A DNA stretch of 64,000 nt from Planctomycetota bacterium (GTDB lineage Bacteria > Planctomycetota > UBA1135 > UBA2386): positions 3,968,001-4,032,000 of the forward strand of contig OZ245006.1 of the NCBI GenBank assembly GCA_965223545.1, in the 5' to 3' direction. A model generated the notes under the pieces. That model ran no database searches and was not told the DNA's origin. It was given only the letters and a program-made list of their open reading frames with translations. Positions 38,745 to 51,055 of the stretch are shown piece after piece. A program made the translations under genes and the position numbers. The first letter of the stretch is position 1. Each line of letters starts with the position of its first letter.

Positions 38745-39233
38745 TCAGGTCCCGACCACGCCGACACCGCCGTCGGACAGTGAGAACGCCGCCTGCGTCG
38801 CGCCGCTGGGAATCCATGCGGTGACCCACTGCTGATAGAACGTGAAGCCGACCAGGCCGACGTTGTTGGGGATGGTGATCGCGACCGACAGTGGACCGGG
38901 CGGCACCAACAGCACGGCATCGGGTGACACCCGCAATGGACAGGGCCCCAGCGCGGCTAGCGAAACCGGCAGAGCGAAGCTGCTCCACACGGTGTTCGAC
39001 GTGCCGGTCAACAGCACGTCGACGAAGGTGCCCGCCGCCGCCCGGCCGCCGTCCTCGACGGCGACCGTGAACGCCTTGCCGGGGCGCAGCGGGCCCTCTT
39101 GCACCAACCGCGGCGGCTGCGCGCTGACGCCGGAGCTGCACCCTGTGCCGAAGAACGAGTAGGTGCCGCTCTGGCCCAGGGCCGGCAGCGCCAGCCCGAG
39201 GGCGGTGAGGATCGCGCGCACGCAGAAGGGCAT
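38745..39233 (-). CDS. Small exported protein consisting only of the shared C-terminal domain
   Basis: Signal peptide ending ALG-Q then Y..FG.GC...L..LG.C.L.V.P...IPN...L.G..FY.QW...LSDG. Confidence 0.75.
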   Translation of the reverse strand: MPFCVRAILTALGLALPALGQSGTYSFFGTGCSSGVSAQPPRLVQEGPLRPGKAFTVAVEDGGRAAAGTFVDVLLTGTSNTVWSSFALPVSLAALGPCPLRVSPDAVLLVPPGPLSVAITIPNNVGLVGFTFYQQWVTAWIPSGATQAAFSLSDGGVGVVGT

Positions 39234-39298
39234 CGCCTCGACACTGTAGCCGAGATCGCCGCTGGCTGCCGGTCGAACGACCACCGCGAACCAAGCGC

Positions 39299-40888
39299 TT
39301 AGAGCGTGTCCAAGAACCGACCGGTCTCGTAGTTGCCGAGATCGATGATCTTGCTGCAGATGCGGTCCAGGAAGTAGCGGTCGTGACTGACGACGACCAT
39401 GCAACCGGGGAAGTTTTGGATCGCCTCTTCCAGGACGCGCAGGGTGTCCAGGTCGAGATCGTTGGTCGGTTCGTCCAACAGGATCATGTTGCCACCCCGG
39501 CGCAGCATCTTCGCCAGCTGGACGCGGTTGCGTTGGCCCCCGGACAGAGTGCCGACCGTCTGCTGCTGGTCCGGGCCGGTGAAGTTGAACTTGGCGACGT
39601 AGCTTCGACTGTTGATCTCGATCTTGCCGAGCTTGAGGTTGTCGAGCCCGTCGGTGATCTCCTGCCACACGGTCTTCTCGGGGTCGAGCGTCTCCCGCTC
39701 CTGGTCCACGTGGCACAGCTCCACCGTGGGACCGACCACCACGCGGCCGTCGTCCGGCTCGAGCTTGCCGGTGATCAGCTTGAGCATCGTGGTCTTGCCG
39801 GTGCCGTTGGGCCCGACGACGCCGAGGATGTCGCCCGGCTGCATCTCGAAGTCGACGTTGTCCAGCACCTTGTGGTCGCCGTCGTAGCTGAACGAGACAT
39901 TCTCGAAGCGCAGCACGACATCACCGAGTCGCTTGCCGGAGGGAATGTGCAGCTCGACCGAGTCCTCGCGCTCCTCGACCTCCTGCTCCACCATGCGCTC
40001 GTAGTTCTTGACGCGCGCCTTGTTCTTCGCCGACCGCGCCTTGGGATTGGAACGAATCCAGTCGAGCTCGCGCTCGATCATCTTGCCGCGCTGCCGCTCT
40101 TGCTTCTCCTGCTGCGCCATCCGTTTGGCGCGCTGCTCGAGGTACTCGGAGTAGTTGCCCTTGTACGGCGTCGCCCTGCCGTGGAAGATCTCGAGCATCC
40201 AGCCGACGACGCGGTCCAAGAAGAACCGGTCGTGGGTCACCACGACCACGGTGCCGGTGTACTGCGCCAGAGTCTCCTCGAGCCACGACACCGTCTCGAC
40301 ATCGAGGTGGTTGGTCGGCTCGTCCATCAACAGTAGGTCGGGGTGCTCGAGCAGCACCTTGCAGAGCGCTACGCGGCGTCGCTCGCCGCCGGAGCACTCG
40401 CTCACGTTCTTGTCGCCAGGCGGTAGGTGCAGCTTGGTCATCGCCACCTCCAGGTGACGATCGAGCTCCCAGGCGTCCCTGGCCTCGATCTCGGTTTGCA
40501 CGCGATCGAGCTCGGCCATGACCTTCTCCATCGCGTCGGCGGCCAGGTCTTCGCCGAGCTTCATGCTGAGCTCCTCCTGACGTTGCAGGAGGGCGCGAAT
40601 CGGCGCCACCGCGATCTCGACGTTCTCGCGGACCGTCTTGTCCTCGACCAGCGTCGGCTCCTGCGGCACGTAGCCGACGGTGCGTCCCTCGGCCAGCCGC
40701 GCGGTGCCGTCGTACTCCTTGTCCTGACCGGCCATGATGCGCAGCAGGGTCGACTTGCCGGCACCGTTCTGACCGATGACGCCGATCTTGGCGTTCTCCA
40801 GGAACACCAAGCTGACCTCCTTGAGCACGGTCTTGCGGCCATGGCTCTTGGTCAATCGCTCCAGGGCGAAGATAGGCTTGTCGCTCAT
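39299..40888 (-). CDS. ettA: ABC-F translation throttle protein EttA
   Basis: AKIGVIG.NGAGKSTLLRIMAG.DKE, SGGERRRVALC, VTHDR.FLD, ELDWIRSNPKAR.AKNKAR linker, LSGG.RNR. Confidence 0.93.
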   Translation of the reverse strand: MSDKPIFALERLTKSHGRKTVLKEVSLVFLENAKIGVIGQNGAGKSTLLRIMAGQDKEYDGTARLAEGRTVGYVPQEPTLVEDKTVRENVEIAVAPIRALLQRQEELSMKLGEDLAADAMEKVMAELDRVQTEIEARDAWELDRHLEVAMTKLHLPPGDKNVSECSGGERRRVALCKVLLEHPDLLLMDEPTNHLDVETVSWLEETLAQYTGTVVVVTHDRFFLDRVVGWMLEIFHGRATPYKGNYSEYLEQRAKRMAQQEKQERQRGKMIERELDWIRSNPKARSAKNKARVKNYERMVEQEVEEREDSVELHIPSGKRLGDVVLRFENVSFSYDGDHKVLDNVDFEMQPGDILGVVGPNGTGKTTMLKLITGKLEPDDGRVVVGPTVELCHVDQERETLDPEKTVWQEITDGLDNLKLGKIEINSRSYVAKFNFTGPDQQQTVGTLSGGQRNRVQLAKMLRRGGNMILLDEPTNDLDLDTLRVLEEAIQNFPGCMVVVSHDRYFLDRICSKIIDLGNYETGRFLDTL

Positions 40889-41027
40889 CAGGCGGGGGAA
40901 CGTATCGCCGGACGGCGCGGTCGCAACCGACTGCGCCGAGAACCGCGCTGGCGCGCGCTCGCCCGCCGCTCCCGTTGACAGCACCGCCGCACGCCACGAA
41001 GATCCGGAAGTGAGCGTCGCGGCCGTA

Positions 41028-41393
41028 ATGGCATTTGGCATGCCGAGCTATGGAGAGCTGATGATCCTGGCGATCATCGGCGTGCTCCTGTTCGGCCGCC
41101 GGCTGCCAGAGGTCGGCCGCGCCCTCGGACAGACGATCGTCCAGCTGCGGCGGGGCCTCAACGACTTCAAGACGCAGATGAATGCCGACGAGGACTTTCG
41201 CGAGGCCAAGTCGGCGATGCACGAGATCCGCCAGGCGACAGAAGCGCCCAGAGTACTGGCCAACCCCCGCCGCTGGTTCGAGGACGCCACCGACGAAAGC
41301 CGGTCGACGCCGATGCCGGCGGCTCCTCCCGCCGATCCCCCGGCCGGGGACAGCACGGACGGTGCGCCCGGCAAGACCGCCGAGCAATCCTGA
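41028..41393 (+). CDS. tatA: Twin-arginine translocase TatA/TatB family subunit
   Basis: EL.IL..IG.LLFG.RLPE.GR.LG TM plus amphipathic helix. Confidence 0.88.
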   Translation: MAFGMPSYGELMILAIIGVLLFGRRLPEVGRALGQTIVQLRRGLNDFKTQMNADEDFREAKSAMHEIRQATEAPRVLANPRRWFEDATDESRSTPMPAAPPADPPAGDSTDGAPGKTAEQS

Positions 41394-41975
41394 TCAGTTC
41401 GGTCGCTTGCTCGACTGCACCGCTTCCTCGGCGGCGTCGAAGATGTTCATCCAGTCGCGCTGGTTGGGGTCCTCGACTTCCTTGCTCTTGGCGACCTGCT
41501 TGTCCTGCTCGGTCTGCCACTCGTGGAAGTCGGAGAAGTGCTCCTGGATGACGGTCTTGTTCTCGGAGATCAAGCCGACGTGCGGAAACAGATCGACGTT
41601 GTACTCGCGCTGGATCTGATCCAGGACCTCGTAGGAGGTCAGGATCGGCATGGCGATGCTGACCCCGCCGTCCCCGAAGGTGTCGAGGGCCACGATCTGG
41701 TTCTTGAAGATGATCTCCTTGGGCAGCGACTCGCACGCTTCCTTCGAGATGTCGAAGTGGCTGGCCATGATGAAGGGCACTTGAAAGTGGTCGACGACGA
41801 TCTTCGCCAGGTCCCACTCGCTGACGTAGCCGCCCGACACCAAGACGTCGACGAAGGACTCACCGAACTGGTCCTGGCTGTACAGCGCGTCCGTCAGGAC
41901 GTCACCCGCCACCAGGCTCTTCTGCGAGAGCACCTCGGCGAGCCGAACGCTGGTGAGCTTTTCGAGACCCTTCAC
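41394..41975 (-). CDS. Stand-alone MshEN/GspE-N-terminal-like domain protein (no ATPase)
   Basis: RLAEVL....LV....L..AL..Q then F.DVLV..GYVSE.DL, F.VPFI, LP.E......IV.L, IAM; GTG start. Confidence 0.7.
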   Translation of the reverse strand: MKGLEKLTSVRLAEVLSQKSLVAGDVLTDALYSQDQFGESFVDVLVSGGYVSEWDLAKIVVDHFQVPFIMASHFDISKEACESLPKEIIFKNQIVALDTFGDGGVSIAMPILTSYEVLDQIQREYNVDLFPHVGLISENKTVIQEHFSDFHEWQTEQDKQVAKSKEVEDPNQRDWMNIFDAAEEAVQSSKRPN

Positions 41976-42089
41976 ATCGTGTCTTGTCGACTGCTGGGAG
42001 ATCGATCTTGAGTCGTGGTCGGCTGCCGCTGGGCCCGCGGCCAAGCTGCCATGCCACCGAAGCTCGGCGCACCTCGCTGGCGGCGCCGG

Positions 42090-43586
42090 TCAGGCGAACT
42101 GGACCACCGTCAGCAGACTGTGCACCAGGAGAATCGTCACCATCCCCAGCACGATGCACGAGTTGACGGCATTTCCGACATCGCGGCCGGATCGTTTGGG
42201 GCCGATCGCGAGGTGGTAGGTGAGGGTGGCCACCAAGAAGCCCGACAGCACGGTCTTGAGCAGGATGTAGCGCAAGTCCTGGCGTTCTACGGTGCGAAAG
42301 AACGACTCGAGCCAACCAAGCGTCGATGCATCGGTGAACAGCTTGTAGGCGATGAACGACGACAGCGAAGCGCCGACGATCCCGGCGGCGGTGACGATCG
42401 GCATCGCGATACTCATCGCCCACACCAGCGGCGTCAGCAGGTAGTCCGCCGGCCGCACCCCCATCAGCTGCAGGGCGGCGACTTGGTTGGTGCGCTTCAT
42501 CGTGCCGATGCGCGCTGCCGCGCCGGCAGCCATCCGCGCCGTGAAGAAGAAGCCCGCCATCAACGGCACCAGCACCGCGACCAGCACCTTGCCGACACCG
42601 GTCAACAGCTGGTTGGTGAACGCGCTCTCCAGCGGGTTGTTGTCCAACGAGAAGAACGTCGCCAGGCCACCGATGGTGACCCCGGCGAGCACGGTGAACA
42701 GCACTGGCTCCACCGTGTAGCGCAGGACGGCGCGCGCGACGACCCGGGCAAAGACCGGCGGCAACCGAAGCACGGCCTCGACCGCGGTGTGCGTCAGTGC
42801 CGCGGCGCTGAGGACGACCTGTCGCATGCCGTACAGCGCCGGGTCCTCGTCCACCTCGACGCCACCGGGCTGCTCGCCGTCGACCTCTACCAACTCGGTG
42901 CCACAATCGTGCAGCGTCCGGGTGGCCGGGTCGAGGCGCAGCACGCGATCCGCCAGGCCGGCGAACGCCTGCACTTCGTGGGTGATCACGATGGTCGTGC
43001 GGCGCGGCGCGGCCCGGTGCGTGTCCGCCAACAGTTTGGCGATCTCGCGCGCCGACTCGGCGTCGAGGCCGGCGGTGGGCTCGTCGTACAACATGAGCTC
43101 CGGATCGAGCGCCATGGCGCGCGCCACCGCGACCCGCTTGCGCATGCCGCCCGACAGCTGTGCGACGCTCGCCGGCGGCGCCGCCAAACCGGCCTGCGAC
43201 AGCAGGCCGAGCGCGAGCTTCGGCGAACGCCCGGCAGTGCGCAGGGCGAACTCGACGTTGCGCCGCGGAGATAGCTCGTCGAGAAGCCCCTCGTCCTGCA
43301 GCACTGCGGCGACCCGTCGCCGCAGCGCGGCCGGCAGCGCGCCGCGGACGCGATGCCCGAGCACGCGGACCGCGCCGGTCAGGCGAGGCGCCGGCTCCCG
43401 CGTCTCCCACAGACCCGTCAGCAACCGCAGGATCGTCGACTTGCCGGAGCCGCTCTCACCGACCAGCAGGCAGAACTCGCCGCGCTCGACCACCAAGTCG
43501 ACGCCGCTGAGGATCGGGAGATCCCGTCCCGCGCGGCGGTGCGCGAGCCCGAACCGCTCGAACTCGATCGCCGCCCCGGTGGTCAC
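42090..43586 (-). CDS. Fused MlaF-type ABC ATPase plus MlaE-type permease
   Basis: GESGSGKS, LSGGMRKRVAVARA, YDEPTAGLD, ITH; C-terminal P....F.AR.....A.IGTM....Q..AL..MG..P..YL..P MlaE signature. Confidence 0.9.
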   Translation of the reverse strand: MTTGAAIEFERFGLAHRRAGRDLPILSGVDLVVERGEFCLLVGESGSGKSTILRLLTGLWETREPAPRLTGAVRVLGHRVRGALPAALRRRVAAVLQDEGLLDELSPRRNVEFALRTAGRSPKLALGLLSQAGLAAPPASVAQLSGGMRKRVAVARAMALDPELMLYDEPTAGLDAESAREIAKLLADTHRAAPRRTTIVITHEVQAFAGLADRVLRLDPATRTLHDCGTELVEVDGEQPGGVEVDEDPALYGMRQVVLSAAALTHTAVEAVLRLPPVFARVVARAVLRYTVEPVLFTVLAGVTIGGLATFFSLDNNPLESAFTNQLLTGVGKVLVAVLVPLMAGFFFTARMAAGAAARIGTMKRTNQVAALQLMGVRPADYLLTPLVWAMSIAMPIVTAAGIVGASLSSFIAYKLFTDASTLGWLESFFRTVERQDLRYILLKTVLSGFLVATLTYHLAIGPKRSGRDVGNAVNSCIVLGMVTILLVHSLLTVVQFA

Positions 43587-45070
43587 GGGGTCGGCCTCAG
43601 ACCCTCCGGCACCAGGGACAGCGAGACCATGCGACCCGCCCCGGACTGACCGCTCTCGTTTCCGCGCAGCGCCACCACGCGCTCGCCGACCACTGCTGCG
43701 GCCCCTCGAGTGGCGGCATCGTCGGCCAACGCCGATGGATCGGCCGGCGCCTTCGACACGACGCGGTCGTCATCGATCGAGTACAGCTGCACCGAGTCGA
43801 CGCCCTGCCAGTCGTCCGTGAACTGCAGCCGGCCCGCCGCCGTCAACGGCACCGCAGCCTTGTCCGCGCCCTCGAGATCCAACATGAGCAGGGTCAGATC
43901 CTCGCCGTCGGGAGCGACCCAAGTGCGCATCGCGCGCAGCACCGTGCCGTCGGTCAGCTGAATGCTGATCCCCTCCTTCTTGATCTCCGGATCGGCACCG
44001 AACGCGTCGCGCTCGAAGTAGCTCGCGTCGCTGACCGTGCGCGTAGTGGCCACCAGCACACGTCCTTCGCGATCTTCGTACAGCACTCCCGTCCCCTCGC
44101 GGCGGATCTCGTCATCCGGACTCCACCAGTCCTCCTCGACCGCCTCGTAGATCACGCGCGCCAGCCGGATGCCGGTCTCCGCCGGCGGCTCGTCCTGGTT
44201 CGTGGCCACGCGTTCGACCGGGATCTTGTCCAGCGTGAGCTCGGGACGCTGGGTCTCGGCGGCGAGGACGCTGCCATCGGACAGGGGCAACCCCGCGCCG
44301 GGTTCGGTGAAGTAGCTGACGAACGGCGCCAACAGAGCACCGATGTCGTGCACGTCGATCCCGCGCAACAGAGCGCCGGACAGCCGCGGCCGCGCGACCC
44401 AGAACTTCGTTTTATCGGTGACCGTGGCGCGCTGGTCTCGCTCGATGCGGACGTGCAGCCGCACGTGGCCGCCGTCCGCCGCGAGTTCGATCCGCCGCAC
44501 CTCCCCGGTCTGCACGCCGCGGTACATCACCGCCGAACCGGGCTGCAGACCGTGGTTCTCGGGCAACAACAGCACCAGCTGCAGATCGCCGCGCTTGGCC
44601 GGGGCGAAGCTCAGGTCCGTCGCGTCGGCGAACGGTTGCTCGTCGCCGGCGACCGAGCTGCCGTTGGCGAGCTGCACGCCGAACGGATCGGGCGTGTAGA
44701 ACGACAGATACGCATCCCGCACCAGGGTGTCGAGTCCGGACGCCCCCCCCGTGATGCCGCCGAACCGCGGAGTCACGATCCAGAAGTGGCTGTTGGTGCG
44801 CGCCAGCCCTTCGCGGCTGGGCTCCAGCACGATCGTCGCGATGCCCTTCTTGCCGTCTTCACGCAAGGTCACGTGTCGCACGCTGCCGACCAGGACGCCG
44901 CGGTACTTGACGTCGGCACCGGGCAGCAAGCCCCCGACGTCGCGGAATTCCACGTTCAGCCGGAAGTAGCGACTCTTGTCCTCGTCCTGCAGCAGCTCGA
45001 CCAAATACCAACCGCCGGCGACCGCCAGCGCCAACGTGACGACACCGAGGAAGTAGCGAAAGCGATCCAT
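43583..45070 (-). CDS. MCE (MlaD/PqiB-like) protein with two MCE domains and a C-terminal degenerate trypsin-like domain
   Basis: TM anchor; F.DVGGL.PGADVKYRGV.VG.V...FW.V.P and GLQPGS.VMYRGV.TGEV...KFWV.RP. Confidence 0.88.
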   Translation of the reverse strand: MDRFRYFLGVVTLALAVAGGWYLVELLQDEDKSRYFRLNVEFRDVGGLLPGADVKYRGVLVGSVRHVTLREDGKKGIATIVLEPSREGLARTNSHFWIVTPRFGGITGGASGLDTLVRDAYLSFYTPDPFGVQLANGSSVAGDEQPFADATDLSFAPAKRGDLQLVLLLPENHGLQPGSAVMYRGVQTGEVRRIELAADGGHVRLHVRIERDQRATVTDKTKFWVARPRLSGALLRGIDVHDIGALLAPFVSYFTEPGAGLPLSDGSVLAAETQRPELTLDKIPVERVATNQDEPPAETGIRLARVIYEAVEEDWWSPDDEIRREGTGVLYEDREGRVLVATTRTVSDASYFERDAFGADPEIKKEGISIQLTDGTVLRAMRTWVAPDGEDLTLLMLDLEGADKAAVPLTAAGRLQFTDDWQGVDSVQLYSIDDDRVVSKAPADPSALADDAATRGAAAVVGERVVALRGNESGQSGAGRMVSLSLVPEGLRPTP

Positions 45071-45159
45071 TCGTTCCTGCCGCGATCAACCCGGGGTCGC
45101 GGATTTGCTCCGTCGCCGGCGGTATCGGTCGGTGCGGGGTTTGTTCAACGCACCTTCGG

Positions 45160-47887
<2,728 letters not shown>

Positions 47888-47895
47888 CGGTGCCT

Positions 47896-49008
47896 CTAAG
47901 AGTTGCTGATCGGCATCAGCACGTAGGTCGTGGACTCGCCGAGCGTCAGCTTGGCCGGCGTCTCCTCGTCCGTCATGTCGAGCCGCACCGTCTCCAGCTC
48001 ACAGATCTTGAGCGCGTCCAAGACGAAGTCGGGGTTGAAGCCGATGGTGCCGCCCGGCCCCTTCACGTCGACGTCCATGACGACGTCGCCGCGACCGATG
48101 CCCGAGCTCTCGGCAGAGAGCTCCAGGCTCGAGCTGCTGAAGCGAAAGTGCACGAGACGCACATCCCCGCTGCTGAGCACTGCCACCCGCCGGAGGTTGG
48201 CCTCCAGGGTCGTGCGGGGGATCTCGACGGTCGTGTCGGCCGCCCGCGGAATGACCCCCTCGTAGTCCGGAAACTGTCGATCCAGCACGGTGGAGACCAG
48301 CATGGTCTCGCCCGAGGCCTCAGGGCGCATCAGGAAGCCCGCCTGATTGGGGCTGAAGACGATGTTGACCTCTTCGTCGCCGGTCTCGGGCAACGCCTTG
48401 GTGAGGGCCTGCAGCGCGCGCAGGGGCACGATCATCTGCACGTCGGGCAAGTCGGTGTCCAGATTGCGGTAGCACAGCGCCAGCCGGCGGCCATCGGTCG
48501 CCACCAGCCGCAGGCACGAGTCGCGGACCTCGACCATCACACCGTTGATCGCATAGCGCGACTCCTCGCGCGCCGCCGAGAACGCGGTGGACCGCACCAT
48601 CCGCAGAAACTCGGCCGCCGGCAGCTTGAGGGTGTGGCCCTCCTCCAAGTTGGCCTTCTCGGGGAAGTCGGAAGGATCCGACCCCACCAGCTCGAACTGG
48701 CCACCGCCGGCGTGCAGGCTGCTCTTGAAGTCCTTGGTCTCCACGGTGACCGTCGCGTCCTCGAGCTCCCGCAACAACGCGTAGGTCTCCTTGGCGGGCA
48801 ACAACGCGGTGCCAGGGGTCTTCACCTTGACGGAGTCGAGGTGCAGGCGCGCCGAGATCTCGAAGTCGGTGGCGAACAAGGTCAGGCCGTTCTCGTCCGC
48901 GCGCAGCAGGGCGTTCTTGACCACGGGGTTGGTCGTCTTCAACGGCGCGATCCCCGCTGCGACAGCGAAGAGTTCGGTCAGCTGGTGCCGGTCACAGAGG
49001 ATCTTCAT
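47896..49008 (-). CDS. dnaN: DNA polymerase III beta sliding clamp
   Basis: ATD.EIS, DFP, RYAINGV, VATDGRRLA, FPDYE.VIP, GFNP.F..DAL, YVLMP. Confidence 0.97.
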   Translation of the reverse strand: MKILCDRHQLTELFAVAAGIAPLKTTNPVVKNALLRADENGLTLFATDFEISARLHLDSVKVKTPGTALLPAKETYALLRELEDATVTVETKDFKSSLHAGGGQFELVGSDPSDFPEKANLEEGHTLKLPAAEFLRMVRSTAFSAAREESRYAINGVMVEVRDSCLRLVATDGRRLALCYRNLDTDLPDVQMIVPLRALQALTKALPETGDEEVNIVFSPNQAGFLMRPEASGETMLVSTVLDRQFPDYEGVIPRAADTTVEIPRTTLEANLRRVAVLSSGDVRLVHFRFSSSSLELSAESSGIGRGDVVMDVDVKGPGGTIGFNPDFVLDALKICELETVRLDMTDEETPAKLTLGESTTYVLMPISNS

Positions 49009-49054
49009 TCGGGGCTCCCGGGGACATGTGCGTCACCGCGCGGGGGTCGCTCCG

Positions 49055-49410
49055 CGTGGTAGAGATGAAGTAGATCTTAAGAAGATCCTCATCCTCTTAA
49101 ACGTCCTGTTTCGAGTGTGGAGAGCGTAACCGTCCGTGCCCGAAAGAGCGACTCTGGACCTCGCCGGAAGCCTCCTTCCGGGGGCCCCGGAATGGGGACA
49201 ACCTGCCCACAATTCGCGGGCGGTTGTCGAGAGCACGCGACAGTCTGGGGATGGTTGTTGGCGGTCGCTCCGCCCGTCCAGGAATCGACCACGCCACCCC
49301 CCAGGAAACTCAGCGGCGACTGACGAATCTCTCGACCAGTAGCGGCTCCAGATGTCGGGGGCGGCGGGAAGATCGAGCGCGCGGAGTGTCAAAAGTTGTC
49401 CGCCCGGGAC
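49055..49410. other. oriC: Probable chromosomal replication origin (oriC) in the dnaA-dnaN intergenic region
   Basis: AT-enriched DUE-like tract 49058-49100; DnaA-box-like TGTGGAGAG (49116), back-to-back TGGGGACAA/CTGCCCACA (49193-49211), TTGTCGAGA (49224), TGGGGATGG (49246), TTGTCCGCC (49396). Confidence 0.75.
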
Positions 49411-49516
49411 AGTCACACCCCACTCCCGTGATCGTGCAGGGTCGGGGATCGACCGGTGTGCGGAACGCTGGGTCCGCAATCGAGCAGCAGCGCGGCCGGA
49501 GCCGGCGCGCATCGAT

Positions 49517-51055
49517 TCAGCTGTCGTCGCGGGCGACCTGGGTCAGGTGCTCGCCGAGCTGCTCGACCTGGCTCTGGAAGGCGTGGTCCTTGGCGCAGCG
49601 CTCTTTGATCTTGGCGACGGCGTACAGGACCGTGGTGTGGTCCCGCTTGCCGAAGAAGCGGCCGACCTCTTCGAGCGAGTGCTCGGTGTGCTCTCGTGCC
49701 AAGAACATGCCGATCTGACGCGGCAGGCTGACGGCTTGGGTGCGGGCCTTGCCGAGGATCTCCTTCGCGGTGACGGAGAACTCCTCGGTGATCAGCTTGA
49801 GGATCGCCGGCAGGGTGACGACGACCGGTCGACGTCCAGGAGTGCTCTTCAGGGCTTGCTTGGCCAGCGCGAGGTCGGCAGGGCGGCGCTCGACGGTGGC
49901 CAGGCCGAGCACCTTGATGAGTGCTCCCTCGAGCTCGCGCACGTTGCTGGTCACCGACTTGGCGATGAAGTCGGCGACCTCGTCCTCCACGCTCGAGCCG
50001 CGCAGGAACGCCTTGCGCTTGACGATCGCCGCGCGCGTGGCGACGCACGGCGCTTCGATCTGCGCCTCGAGGCCCCAGCGAAACCGCGACACGAGCCGGT
50101 CTTCGAGCGTCGGAATCTCGGGTGCCGGTCGGTCGCTCGACAGGATGATCTGCCGGTGCGAGTTGTACAGCGCGTTGAACGTGTGGAAGAACTCGACCTG
50201 TGTGCGCGTGGTGCGGGCCAGGAACTCGACGTCGTCGATGACCAGGATATCGGCGGACCGATAGAAGGCGCGGAAGGCCTCCAACTGTTGGTTCTGTGCC
50301 GCCTCGATGAAGCGGTTGGTGAACTCCTCGCAGCTGAGATACACGACCCGACAGTCCTGGTGCATCTGCTTGAGGGCGTGGGCGATGGCCTGCAACAGAT
50401 GCGTCTTGCCCAGGCCGACGTTGCCGTGCACGAAGAAGGGGTTGTAGGCCTGACCGGGGTTGGCGCCGATCGCCATCGCGGCGGCGTGCGCCAGCCGGTT
50501 GCAGCGGCCGACGACGAACTGCTCGAACGTGTAGTGCCGGTTCAGCTCGCTGCGCGGCTGAACCAGATCGAAGGCGTAGTTCGGGGTCGCCGCCGCGCCC
50601 GAGGGCAGGGAGCCCGCCGGCTTTCCCGCGCCGGGCGGCGCGTGCGGTGCATCGTAGATGCTCTCCTGGATGTTCTCGACGACGCGCTGGACGTCGGTGC
50701 CGATGGGGAGCTCGCTGCGCGCCGGAGGTCCGTTGGGCTGCGCCTGCGCCGGGTCGACCGTCGCCCCATCGGCAGCGCGATCGGCCGGGGCGGCAGCCTC
50801 GGCGACGCCGATGCGCACGTCCATCGGGCTGCCGATCGCCTTCTCGACCGCTTGCCGCACGCAGGGCATGAAGTGCTTGGCGATCCAGTCGCGCATGAAC
50901 CCGTTCGGGGCGACGAACTCGATCGCCCGGTCATCGGATTCGGCGACCGAGAAACCGCGAAACCAGGTCTCGTACTGCTCTTGCTGCATGAGCAGCTTGA
51001 GTTCCGACAACACCTTGGTGCGGATCGACTCGGCAGGAGGGTGCGAGTAGGGCAT
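49517..51055 (-). CDS. dnaA: Chromosomal replication initiator
   Basis: YTFE.FVVG..N, YNPFF.HG.VGLGKTHLL, IDDVEFL, EFFHTFN, RL.SRF.WGL, NVRELEGAL, RDHTTV. Confidence 0.98.
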   Translation of the reverse strand: MPYSHPPAESIRTKVLSELKLLMQQEQYETWFRGFSVAESDDRAIEFVAPNGFMRDWIAKHFMPCVRQAVEKAIGSPMDVRIGVAEAAAPADRAADGATVDPAQAQPNGPPARSELPIGTDVQRVVENIQESIYDAPHAPPGAGKPAGSLPSGAAATPNYAFDLVQPRSELNRHYTFEQFVVGRCNRLAHAAAMAIGANPGQAYNPFFVHGNVGLGKTHLLQAIAHALKQMHQDCRVVYLSCEEFTNRFIEAAQNQQLEAFRAFYRSADILVIDDVEFLARTTRTQVEFFHTFNALYNSHRQIILSSDRPAPEIPTLEDRLVSRFRWGLEAQIEAPCVATRAAIVKRKAFLRGSSVEDEVADFIAKSVTSNVRELEGALIKVLGLATVERRPADLALAKQALKSTPGRRPVVVTLPAILKLITEEFSVTAKEILGKARTQAVSLPRQIGMFLAREHTEHSLEEVGRFFGKRDHTTVLYAVAKIKERCAKDHAFQSQVEQLGEHLTQVARDDS

